A stretch of 63,686 nt of DNA, the filler included, from Neoconidiobolus thromboides FSU 785 (Eukaryota; Fungi; Entomophthoromycota): the NCBI GenBank assembly GCA_025603075.1. It is 4 parts of 4 records of this genome, joined end to end, with 100 filler letters (N's around TTAATTAATTAA, not from the genome) between each part and the next. Parts side by side here need not be neighbours in the genome. Positions count along the whole stretch, not along the records: positions 1 to 21,800 come from MU626539.1; 3 more parts are not named here. One strand, 5' to 3'. Below are positions 1 through 12,173 of the stretch, piece after piece. A program made the translations under genes and the position numbers. Below the pieces are notes generated by a model. The model was not told where the DNA came from. It saw only the letters and a list, made by a program, of their open reading frames with translations, and searched no databases. Within the stretch, counting starts at the first letter, position 1. Every line of letters starts with the position of its first letter.

Positions 1-763
1 GATGCAAGTAAAATAGTAATTGCTGGTGATAGTGCAGGAGGAGGATTATCCAGTTCATTTTTAATATTATTAAGTCAACTTGAAGAATATAAAATGGTAG
101 CAGGAGGTTTATTATTAAGTCCATGGGTCGACTTAACCTCATCACAACCCAGTATTTTGACAAAAAATAATGATTTTTTTGAAGGGCCTATTGAATCAAA
201 AGAGGGTAAAGGTTATTTATTTATAGATAAATTGTTGATGAATGCCCCAGAAAATTTAAAAGAAGAAATTTTGAATAATGGTCATTTTTACACTACTGAA
301 AAATATTTGAAATGCCCACTTGTTAGTCCAATGTACCAAGATAAGTTTGATAGATTTCCACCTATTATAATAGTAAGCCAAGATTAATTTGTTATATTGT
401 TTATCATTTATTAATGATTATCTTTAGACTGTGGGTGGTGAGGAAAGATTTGAGGATGAAGTCATCGTGTTTGCTCACAAGATTAAGGGCTACAATCAAT
501 CAAGACCAAATAGCTCTTCAATAACTTTGCATATTTATGATGAAATGATACATGTATTTCAAGCACTTGAATCACATCCAAGTAGTCAAAAGTCATTTGA
601 ACTAAGCTCTGAGTTTATTAAAGATTGTTTTAATAATAATAATGAGGATACTAATGGATTTTGGGCTTACAAAGTTGATGTTAAACAAAATTTTAATCCC
701 GTCGAGTATGATATTTTAAAATACAATGTAGCAAAACCATTTAGTTTTAATGGAGAAGCTTGA
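1..763 (+). CDS. HSL-family alpha/beta hydrolase (esterase/lipase), 3' part; intron 373-427
   Basis: GDSAGG nucleophile motif at 25-42, LLLSPWVDL, GT..AG intron 373-427 joins to TVGGEERFEDE and YDEMIHVFQ (catalytic His). 5' end is outside the window. Confidence 0.9.
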
Positions 764-1940
764 GTTTTCATAAATTAGTAAAATATTGTTATTATTTTAT
801 TATTATTTTGAGTTTATATGAAGCTCTTTTCATAGCTTAAAATATTAATAAGGACAATATTTTCAATGTTAATATGAATAGACATACTATGTATAAAGTG
901 TTAAATATAAACCCACCTACTCTGTTTATTTAATATATTCCCAACAATAAACTATAGTCTATTTGCTAATTTTAAAAGAATAAATATATAGTTTATGCTC
1001 TTTTTTTAATTTCTTTAAATAGCTGCCTTATGGAAAGTCTTTCTTGACACTGACTAAAAACTAAGAATATACTTAATCAAACTAAATGAAATCATCTTTG
1101 AAACCTACTAACAATTTTTTAAAACATACCACTCATGATGAGAAGTAAATTTATTTCAGAAAAAGTGAAGTATTAGTTCAAAAGAAATTTATAGAAGCTT
1201 GACTATTTGATAGATAGGATAGGAATTCTAAACTAGCTACCTATTCTAATCCCTTATTCATTTTGGACCTATTTATAATTTTAACATGAAACTCAATATA
1301 AAAATATATATCTGGTTTCATTTACTTTGTCATTTTTAGTCACTATTAAGTGGGGAATTGTTAGTAAGATCTTTAAGCATAAAAGGATATGCTCATAAGT
1401 TAGTTTTAAAACCGATATAAATGGATAGATTTATGATAGGCTTTTTTATGTGATTTTAAAAGTCAAATAGAAATATAACTATAATAAATAAAGTATCCCA
1501 GTACAAATCTGCCTATTTATATTCTAATTTGATATTGACTTAGGATTATTTTTAAATAAAATTTTGGTAACTATAAAATTAATGGCAGCATATAGGCATA
1601 TAGTTGGGAACAAAAGTGATTACATGCTAAATTGTTTTCTGACTTTCTATAAAAACAGCACAAAGTAGAAAAATTGCAAAATAATACACCATAGAATCCT
1701 TTTGTCCTGTAACTATATTTATGCTATAAACTAACAGGTTTTTTGTTTCAAAAAATTGTTTATCAAATTTTTAAAAGCTTCCTTATTCAATGGTACTCCT
1801 TTATCAAGAGATCCCTTGATTAAAGAATATTTAGAATATTTAGAATATTATACTATAATAATTTTCTAAATAATGAATCGCAAATATCAACCTATTCCAC
1901 CGGTAATTATGAAAAGCTAACTAATTATAAAAGGACTGTA

Positions 1941-2211
1941 AAATAAGCAGCATTAATATTAAGCCATAATCCGCTTCATCTTGATAATCAACAACTTTAG
2001 TTAGACAGAAATCAAGTCCAAACTATGCCATCAAAACCTTTACTAAAAAGAATGGGACAAAGTTACACTTATGAGATTATTGTAAAATAACAGTGCTAGT
2101 GTTAAGTCACAATCCACTTCATCTTGGTAATTACAATTTTAGTTAGATAGAAGCTAAGGTCAAACTATGATACCAAAACCTTTACTGAAAAAGCTAGCAT
2201 AAAGTCAATTT
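1941..2211 (+). repeat. Imperfect tandem duplication, unit ~144 bp
   Basis: taatccgcttcatcttgataatc..ttagttagacagaa..caaactatg..caaaacctttactaaaaa (1941-2070) recurs as caatccacttcatcttggtaatt..ttagttagatagaa..caaactatg..caaaacctttactgaaaa (2085-2211). Confidence 0.75.
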
Positions 2212-4255
2212 TAAAAGCTGAAATGGATCTGATTAGAAAGCCAAAGTAATCAAATTTAAAAAAAAACAGATAAAAGAGAGTAAACAACTTCTTAGTATTC
2301 AATCCCTCTACTATGAACACTTTAAAATCATTTGTTTATACAGGTTGTATGCATATAACTGAAGAAGCCCCTTTACCCCTAAAGGTTTCGATATCATAAA
2401 AGCTTATATTCTGGATCATTATTGAGAGTTGAGTTACAATATAATTAAAAAGAAATTGGCTGTAGAAGCGGGTACATATTTAATTAAAAGAGGAGGCTCT
2501 TTCTGGTATAGTGAAAAATTGGAATTAGAGTTTGTAGTACCTAATCATGAGGATTCAAATGATAATAAAAAAATTCTAATTTACTTACATGATGAGGCGT
2601 ATGTGTATTGTTCTAATAATACCCATCATCAGCTATATTGTAGACTGAGTACATAAGCAAACTGTCAAGAGGGTGGTAATATATTTTAGTGTTCTATCCT
2701 TGATTAATCAATTAATCAAAATTATTAGCTTTAAATTACATATTAACTCTAGAACATCCTTTCCCTTGTGCTTTGGAGGATACTTTAGCAGTATATTTTT
2801 ATCTAATTAACCAAAATACTGAAGAGCATCTAGAGATGGATATCAATGTAAGTGAAATAATAATTTCTAATAATAGCCCTGGGCGAGATTTGTCTAGCTC
2901 CTTTTTAATATTATAAGCTAACTTAAACAATATAAGGTGACAGCAGGAGGTTTACTATTAAATTCGTGGGTGAGTCTAACTTCTTTTCAATCTAATGTTT
3001 TAATGAAAAATACTTGGAATATATACTTGTTATTGCAATATATTAGAATGACTTTAATAGCTCTCCACCAATTATGATGGTAAGTGAAATCGGTTTATAT
3101 AGGAATGTCTAAATTGATTTTAGAATTTAGCTAAAAAAATTTATTAGAATAAATGGAAGCATACTATATAGGTATTCCAATTCATTCATATTAATTTTGG
3201 TAACTATCCATAGTAATCCATAATTTATAGCATTTTATAATAAAACAAAAAAAAAACAAAAGAAAAATTATTAAAGTTTATCATTGATAGCAATAAATTT
3301 AATTAACAATACATAAAATTAGTGCTTTAAGAGAAACAGGAAATAAAAACTAATAAATAGTGTTGTTATGAACTATAGCTTCAGTATATTCTTTTGATAA
3401 ATGTAAAAGTCTTAGATCTAATATAAGTAGAAATTAATATGATTGTTTTTAAATAATTGACAATGATAAAATAACAACACTATAACCTATTATTAAAAAT
3501 ATAAAAAAGTCAAAAATATGGAAATCAAAAATTGTACAATGTTTAATAATTTGACTATTTTATCAAGATTCAATAAAAGCAATAGCAATAATAAATATTT
3601 ATTAAATAACATACATATTAAATAAAAGTACAAAAATAATACATAATAAATATTTTAATAATTTAGAAATTAAAGCAGTAGCTAAGTCAATGTTTTCAAA
3701 TATATACTAGATAATTTTAAAAATATGTCAGGAAAAATAGATATATATGATAATATATACCCAGTATACAGTTGAAAAAAAATTGTTTAAAAATAATAGA
3801 ATGTAAGTAAAGTTTATTTTAATTATTTATTTGAAATATTAAATTACAATTTGGTATATGTAGAAGACTGTTTAATTAATTTAATATATAAAAAGTTTGT
3901 AAAAATCAATACATAGGAAAATAGATGAAATCATTTTAAATTTTATAATAGAGAAATAATTTTGGAGTATTAAGTAAGATAAAAAGTGTTAGCTAATTAG
4001 TTAATTTCAAAATTTGAGATTTTTGTAAACATAATAAAATTAATAGCTCAATTGTTAATAATAAGAAAGCAAATATAATTTTTAAAAAGTATGAAAGAGA
4101 TAAAGATGTAATAATAATAATAATAACAACAATAATACAAAATATTAAGAAATATATTTTATTAAGCATAACAATAAACTACACTATTATCCAATATCTA
4201 ATGGAGCAAAAAAAAGTGATATAGTTTTGATTAAAGTTATAAAGTCTATAGAAAA

Positions 4256-4760
4256 TAAAGAAATTAGAAGATTAATCCTAGCTTATCTTATAAAAATAGC
4301 AGAAAATTCAAAAGCTTTAATATTTACTAAGCAAGTAGTTTATTAGATGATAAGAATTAACTACTAGATATTAATATTACTTGAGTTGTTAATAGTTAAG
4401 TTAATAAATAGTTAAAGAGCAGGTGGCTGTAACAGTAGATTTTATCTACTATATTGTCTGTATTATATAAATATAGTTAATTATAGTTTTGAGGCTAACC
4501 ACTCCCTTCCATACAGCTATTTATTTATTTATTTAATAACAAATATTTAATATTAGCTATAAAGCAGTCAATGACAAATATTTCTTAATAAAGTTCTAAG
4601 GATATATATTTACTTGCATACAACTTTGATTGATATCAGTATATAGATTATATTAGTAAAAGCTTTGCTAGCCTGGGAATTTATATTAAATTTAGTAGAA
4701 ATTCAGCTAACCTACAATGCAAATTACAACAAAATAATTAAAACTGTGTTGGGCATTTTA
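4256..4760 (+). pseudogene. Decayed coding-like relic (possibly F-box/LRR family), homologous to 37580-37830
   Basis: Reads YIDYISKSFASLGIYIKFSRNSANLQCKLQQNN; shares attaaatttagtagaaattc-gctaac and agcttatctt-taaaaata blocks with the 37.6-37.8 kb relic. Family assignment is inference. Confidence 0.45.
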
Positions 4761-4838
4761 TAGAACTTTATTTAAAGTTTTTTAAATATTCTATATTTAA
4801 AAATTGGATGAAAAAATGAAACTAATTCGGACATTCCC

Positions 4839-4943
4839 ATATGGAGATGTTTTTTTGTCTTTATTACTTTTTCCATTTTTAAGCACTATTTGAGTGGAAA
4901 GATTATTGGCAAAATTCTTAAACGAAAAAATACATCCCCATAT
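4839..4943 (-). mobile_element. MITE copy 1 (coordinates include both 4-bp TSDs)
   Basis: ATAT-GGAGATG...CATCCCC-ATAT; internal core matches family consensus. Confidence 0.9.
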
Positions 4944-6519
4944 GTTGTTTGTTTTTGTCAATAGTTGTTTTTAGGTTGTAGGCGGTGAGGAAGATTTGAG
5001 GATGAATGTGTTATATTCGCTGATGAAATAAAGAATAGTAACGAAGCTAATTCAAATAATTAGCCAATAATGTTACATATTTATAATAAAATGGTAAATA
5101 CATCTCAGATACTCAATCTTCATCCAAGCAGTCAAAAATCTCTTAAAGTGGGATCCAAATTCATTAGGGATTGTTAAAGTAGTAACGTTATTAATAATAA
5201 CAATGAATCACGGGCTTGTAGGATTAATATCGTATTAAACTTAACCCTATTTAATTATAATATTGTAAAGTACAAAGTACCACAAGCTTTTAGCCTTAGC
5301 GAAGAAACTTGAGTTTTTATAAATTAATAAATTACTTTTTACAACTGTCATCTTAAGTTTATGTGAGGCTATCTTCATAACTTCATATCTTAATAATGTC
5401 AATGTATGATCAATAGTAAATTAAATGAACATGTTTTCATTTTAAATTAGTAAATACAAACTTATTCATTGTCTTTTTCTTTTATCCCCTTGCGATCATA
5501 AACTACCATTTATTACTTCATTGATATAAATAAATATAAACATAAAGCTTGTACTCCTTTTATTTTATCTAAAAACAACCTAAAATGTACAATTTATAAC
5601 ACATTCTTGAATAATTATAGAATGTTTTTTAAAGTTATAGCTAAATTTTTATTAAATAAGATAAAATTGAACTTATAATATATACTTTTTGACATTTTAC
5701 AATAATATTTAAATCCGCTTGCTGTTAATAGTACTTGATTAAAGCTATCTTACTTTATTTTAATTAATATAAACCTTAGTTAATCTCTTTTCAAAATGTT
5801 AAAAGATTTATAAGAGCTTTGATTAACCATGAGTTATAAATATATTATAATAATTATTTAATTATATAATAACACTGTCGTTGTTATCCTTCCTTTTTTT
5901 CATATAACAATTCTAAATATTAACAGTTTTATTTTTTAATAAAAAATTAACTAAAAATGGTAAATTTAAACTTAAAAATTTTAAAATGAAATTCTATTAA
6001 TAAACTAAAAATAATGTTTGTTTGGATAAAAATAGATAAAATTCTAATATTAAATTAAACCACAGAGTATGTTGCATCTATATGTCCTTTATTATTTTTA
6101 ATTTGCTCTTTGCTTTTTTTAACATGACTTTAAGAACATAAAACAAAGCTATAAACTCTAGGCTTATATAAAAAACTAGGTACAATTAAAAAATAATAAA
6201 AGGCATCTAATTGCAATCTATTTTACACTTGAATCCACTTTAATTCACTAAAAACAAATTTATTCTATTGATAATGACCAAACTAAAAATCACTTGGACA
6301 CAACTAAAACCATTTTAACAAATAAAATCCTTTTATTTCCTCCCACCATAACATTTAACTTGTCCATAAAAATAACTTTATCACTTTTGACTCCAATAAA
6401 AAAATCATTAAGCATTAACATTAAACCATCAAAAAATTCAACATTTTATCCTCATATTTGTTTATTTTTAAAAAAATAAATACTTTTAAACTCATCCATT
6501 TGATTAAAAAAAGAGAGAT

Positions 6520-7157
6520 ATGCAATTGATAAAATATTGTTTCTATTTCTTATTATTTCTTAGCTTCTTATTAGCTCAAGTAGCACCATCAGATCCTACA
6601 CCAACTCCGGAGCCAACAGGAGGTAAACAAATTTCATTCCATTTTAATTTAATCTAAAACTTATCTTTTTTCTAGCCAAAAAAGTCACTAAAGTAGTAAC
6701 CTCTGTTGTAACAAAGGTAGGAGATCCAGTAATTGTTACTAAAACGATAACAGAAACGGATCCTGAACCAACTTCCACACCTTCCACCAGTACCACCCCA
6801 ACTTCAACTCCAAGTACTAGTTCTTCATCCGATGAAAATAGTGGTAGTAAAACAACAATGATAATAGTATGGGTAGTGGTAGGTATTGCTAGTGCAGTTG
6901 TATTCTTTGGTATATTAGCCTTTGTTATAAGAAGAATAAGAAAGAGAGGCAGTAAAGATGGTCAATTTTCAGATGCTTTAGATGTAATGGCGACGACTAA
7001 TAATATTCATTATAAAAATTCATATCCAACTAGTACAGGGATGGGAGGAAACAGTTATGGTCATTCCCACTCAGGTTCCAATGTTAGTGCACCTCAAAAT
7101 AGGTTAAGGAACCATGATTCAGAACAATTGTTTTTAAAACAATTGAATGAACCATGA
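6520..7157 (+). CDS. Type I single-pass membrane protein with signal peptide and Ser/Thr/Pro-rich stalk (Mid2/Wsc-like architecture); intron 6623-6675
   Basis: MQLIKYCFYFLLFLSFLLAQ signal peptide, PTPTPEPT, in-frame splice to T/S-rich stalk, TM IIVWVVVGIASAVVFFGILAFVI followed by RRIRKR. Confidence 0.8.
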
Positions 7158-7269
7158 ATATCTGATAGCTTGATTTAGCTTCTTTTGTGGATTGTATAGC
7201 TTTTTATACTAGTTGCATTTTTATTTTTATATAACAATATAAATAATTTAATAAATTCTTATTTTTATT

Positions 7270-9440
7270 TTAACTTTTATTTTTAAATTGTAAAATCCAA
7301 GGATGTTGTAATAAGTAGCTTGCATCTGGTCTAGCAGAAGGATCAGGTATTAATGCCTAGTATAGAAATTAATATTAAAAGCATTTTGATACTAAAATAA
7401 CTTACAGAAGTAATAAATCCGGAAGCAAAATTAGAAATATCCTTTGAAATAATAGGTTTATAATTAACAATACGATTATAAATAACACTCCGATTAGTAG
7501 TAACTGGCAACTCAAAGGGTGTATAACCAGTTAGCATTTCATGTGCAACAATAGCCAAGGACCAAATATCTATATTTGCTGTGTAGTTTATATCTGCAAT
7601 TACTTCAGGCGCTGTATACAATGTAGTACCACATAAGCCATGAGCTAAGCTAAATAAGAGTATTATTAGTATTATGTATTGTTGTGTTATTGTTATATCC
7701 TACTTCTTTGAATCTAACTCCACCGCCTGATTAAAATCCGATAATTTGATATCCTTATTATTATCAATTAATAAATTACTAGGTTTAATATTTCGATGCA
7801 CTATTCCTTTACTATGGATATATTGTAATGCTAATAATAATTGTTGGACCAACTAAAGATATAAAGGAGGTTCGTTAGTTTAGTAGAGGAGTGATATACA
7901 TTATAAGAATATCTTACATTAGATGTTTTAGGTTCTGGTATTGTTGCTTTTTTAAGTTGGTAATCTAAACTGCGATATGGGGCATACTCTAATACTATTA
8001 TTATATTCTCTTGATATAAAAAATAATTGTAAAATTGAATTATATGTTCATGGCTAAAATAAAGGATAACTTATATAAATGAGGCTACTATAACTTATAT
8101 ATTACTCTTACCTTAATTTTGAATGAATCTTGCATTCATTTTTAATATTATCTAAACTTTGTTGATTTAGATGTTGTTTATTAATAACTTTAATAGCTAT
8201 CTTTTGTTGGTTTTCTTTTATCTTGGCTTTATATACTTGACTAATACTAGTTTTGTTTGTGCTTATTAAATCCTCTTCAGAAACAATTAATTGTTCCAGA
8301 CTATAAAAATAAAATCTATAATAAGTTAATTTATATGAAACAAATTTACCTATTAATATTAATATAATTTAAATCTTTACTATAATTTAAATTATTGTTG
8401 GTATTATTATTAATAAACGGATAAGTATTCATATCTCTTATAATCTCTTCTTTATTATAATTTTGATTAATATTATTATTAATAAAGGGATAATTGTTAG
8501 TTCCTCTTAACACTTCTTCTTTATTGCTAAACCTGTCTGTCCCAAATTTATTCAAATTAAATATATCTTCATCTTTACCCTTATTAAAATCTATTGTATC
8601 ATATTTATTAGCTAGATTAAACACATTATTTTTATTATCATCTTTATTAAAATTCCTTAACTCATATTTATTTGTATTGAATATATAGTCGTTTCTATCT
8701 TTATCTAACCTGTTCAATTCATACTTGTCCCTATTAAACAAATCATCTTGATTTCCATCCTTAAACCCTGTACCTCTTCCTTGAAAATAGTTTGTTTGAA
8801 GACTGTTTCCATTCATATATCCTTTCGGTTCACTAAACCCTTTGTTTTCTATCTGCTCTTCTCTTATCCCGCCTTTTAAATGCTTATACAATAACTGAGT
8901 ATCATTCATATCTAAACTTGGTTTCTTATTATGTAAGTTTTTCCTTTTATCTTTAATAAACCGATTTCGAAATGAATTAAATGCTGAGTCTTGATTATAT
9001 AGTCCATCTTTTAACCACGGTTCCGTTGTTTGAATATTAGTTGTTGTTGGATTATAAGATTCTACTTGTCTTTGAGTATTTTTAGTAATGGGAAATACTT
9101 CCTCCCATCGATTAGTGATAGTTGAGTTTTGTTTGAGTTTTAAAGCGAGGTTTTGGTCGGGTAATGTTGTTGGAGTTGTAGTGGCCGTTGCTGTTGCTAT
9201 TGTATCAGTTGTAGGTGTGTTTTTATTCAAATAATTCCAAACCAGCATGTAAACTTTATAGTAAATAGCTAGCAATGAAATAAATACTATAATCAAAAAA
9301 GGAATCACTATATAATCTCGAATTAATTCCTCAAATATATCAAATTTTAAGCATATGTATAATACAGATACAAAGATAACAATTAATAATGGAATAATTG
9401 CATGGTCTTTTAATAATCTTTCTACATTTTGTTGGGACAT
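7270..9440 (-). CDS. Transmembrane Aurora/CAMK-like protein (pseudo)kinase, 6 exons (9440-8350, 8300-8112, 8053-7918, 7852-7704, 7649-7406, 7356-7270), 631 aa
   Basis: All five GT-AG introns preserve frame (1896 nt). [55 protein letters not shown]; two hydrophobic helices and Asn/Asp-rich repeats in exon 1. Confidence 0.8.
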
Positions 9441-9565
9441 TTTGATTATAAGTTAAAATTGAATGTAACTTTTAAATTTTAATTTAGTTTTGACTTTATT
9501 TTTTGACCTAAAATTTTTTTATTTAGCAATTTCGTCAAAGTTAGAATTTAGTTAAAACTAGTAGT

Positions 9566-9671
9566 ATATGGAGATGTTTTTTTGATTTCATTATTTTTTC
9601 CATTTTTTAAGCGCTATTTGAGTGGAAAGATTGTTAGTAAAATTCTTAAATACAAAAAAACATCTCCATAT
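9566..9671 (-). mobile_element. MITE copy 2
   Basis: ATAT-GGAGATG...CATCTCC-ATAT; 125 bp upstream of the pseudokinase ATG. Confidence 0.92.
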
Positions 9672-9853
9672 ATTATATAAGATGAAGTTGCTATTATTAT
9701 TTATACCTATATAATTGATTTTAAAATAAATAATGGAATTTTATTTAATAAACTATTTTAATCTTTAAAACAATAATAATAAACAAACTATTAAAACACA
9801 TCATATATTTTATTAAATTGACCCCATATAATATCCAATTTGATGTCTCTTCT

Positions 9854-11190
9854 TTAACCAAACATTTTACTATAAACTTCCTTTTCTTTTTGTTTACGAA
9901 TAGCAGCTTTCTAAAATAAAACTATTAATATATACTCTATAATATTAAGCTAGAATAACTTACTTGTTTAGCATTAACTAATTCCTTTTTAATACCACCA
10001 TCTTCAGGAGATAGAACAAGGGCAGCTTCTAAATCTTGAACAGCTTCTTCATATCTTTTAACATTAGAATAAGCTAAGCCACGACGATATAAAGCCTTAG
10101 TTTTATCATTGGTTTCAAATCCAGATTCTTCACTTTTATCCAAGATTTTACTAGTAACATCGATAGCATCTTTAAATTGCCCTAACTTGATATAAGCTAA
10201 TGCCATATTTAATTGAATAGAGATTCGAAGCTTAAAATATTTAGGTGGTAAACTTGGGTCCACTTCTTTGTCATCTTTGTCAAATATTGGGTATTCATTA
10301 AGGTAACGGATACTCTTTTTGTATTTACGTAAAGCTAAATCTAATTTACTTTCCTTAAAAAAGGTATTTCCTATAGTCCTAATCTCTTCAGCTGCTTTAT
10401 AAATTGTTCCGGCATCTTTATCACCTTCTAAATCATCTATTATCTTTATATTAGTATCTGAATTTGATGACTTATAAATTAAATTTTACCTGGGTACTCT
10501 TCATAAGGGTCTTCTCCATTCATAGCACTTTGTTTTTTGAGCTCTTCTTCAGAACCAATTAATTCTCCACAATCTTTAATAACCACTGGTTTAATAGGCT
10601 TATCTTGTTCCCCAGTTGGATTGTTTTCAATGGCTCTAACTACCCCTTTACCTTTAATAACCTTACCGAATACAACATGTTTACCGTCTAAATGGGGGGT
10701 CTAATAGATAAATAAATTAACCTTTCAAAAATCCATTAAATGCCAATCAACTTACTGCAGTAGTAGTAATAAAAAATTGAGAACCATTGGTACCAGGGCC
10801 AGCATTAGCCATAGACAATAAAAATGGTTGATCATGTTTCTTTTCAAAATTTTCATCTTCAAATTTTTCACCATAAATCGATTCGCCACCAGTACCATTA
10901 CCAGCAGTAAAATCACCCCCTTGAATCATAAAGTTTTTTATAACACGATGGAATGTAGATCCTTTATAATGTAGTGGTTTATTGCCATTGCTACTATTGC
11001 CTTTTTCACCAGTACACAAACTACGAAAGTTTTCAGCGGTTTTTGGAACTACATCAGTGAACTAAAGGGAAGTAATTAAGTTAATTTAATGTGTTTAAAA
11101 TAGAATATAAATATTTACTAATTCAAAAATGACACGACCTTCGTATTCATCACCAATGAGGATATCAAAATAACATTTTGGGTTAGTCAT
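9854..11190 (-). CDS. CPR6: Cyclophilin-40 (PPIase D) with C-terminal TPR domain, multi-exon
   Basis: [44 protein letters not shown]; [13 protein letters not shown]; ends YSKMFG*. Cpr6 versus Cpr7 orthology not resolvable. Confidence 0.92.
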
Positions 11191-12173
11191 CTTTTAATAA
11201 ATTTGAATTTTTTATTTAAGAATTTAAAGTTATATAAGACTTAAGTTTGACAACTTATGTTAATCCCTTAATGACGATAGATTTTTTATACATTCAAATT
11301 TGATTTTATAGTTGGTAAATTCTAGAATTTTCTAATTTTTAATTTTTTTTACAACGAATTATAGCTGCTATATAAGCATAAAAAAAATAATGGTATATTT
11401 CAAAATATAAAGATTAAGTTAGATGTTATTTATATTCTACAGTTTTATTAGCTTGCTTTTATTAACTGTGCTTAATACAGTTTCTTTGATATAAAATTTA
11501 TTTTAGAAATTGGCTCAAACAGGTTTTTCAGAAAAAAGCCCTGACAGAAACATTTTTATAATATTATCAATCAAATAAATAAGACAGTAAACCAAGAAAA
11601 CAAATACATTATATTCATTTTTATTTAAATTTATTTGTTTAATTTCTGAAAACTGATGTTAACTGTATATAATGCGGTGATAATAGAGTCTTTGTTATGC
11701 AATTATAATATTCAAAAAAAATAAAATAAAAAGGGATGACTACACAGGAATAAATAAAGATCATGTTTTTTGTCCAAAAGTCCAATAAATTATAAACAAA
11801 TGACTGGATTGAAAAAGACACTACAGTTCCAAGCTAAAAGTTGGAATAAAAAATATTATTAAATAGGCAGTATTTTAATATCAAAAATGGCATATTTAAA
11901 GCTCAGTTATAATATAATCATAACACAAGGGCTTACATGTCGTATTGCAAATGGAAGTCAATCTTATCATAAAGACCTTCCCCAAAAACGAGGTTTAATG
12001 TTTTAACCAATAGAGTCAAGCATAAGTTTTATTTATTGGTTGAATCCACTTATAATTTCACTTCAACCAATCAATTTAAATCTCCATATTCCACTGGAGA
12101 GTGAAAAATATCCCATAAAATCCAAAGTGAGAATCCCACTTGTTTAATTCAGCTAGTGATCCTAACAAAAAAA

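Larger units (their letters stand above)
2429..5312 (+). pseudogene. Decayed HSL alpha/beta hydrolase paralog interrupted by a ~1.9-kb insert
   Basis: 2429-3079 aligns to paralogs (IYLHDEAYV for HGG motif; EHPFPCALEDTLAV; NNSPG in place of GDSAG; LLNSWV) with stops and frameshifts; 4975-5312 is the last exon (VVGGEERFEDE...HPSSQKS) with in-frame TAG/TAA. Confidence 0.8.
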
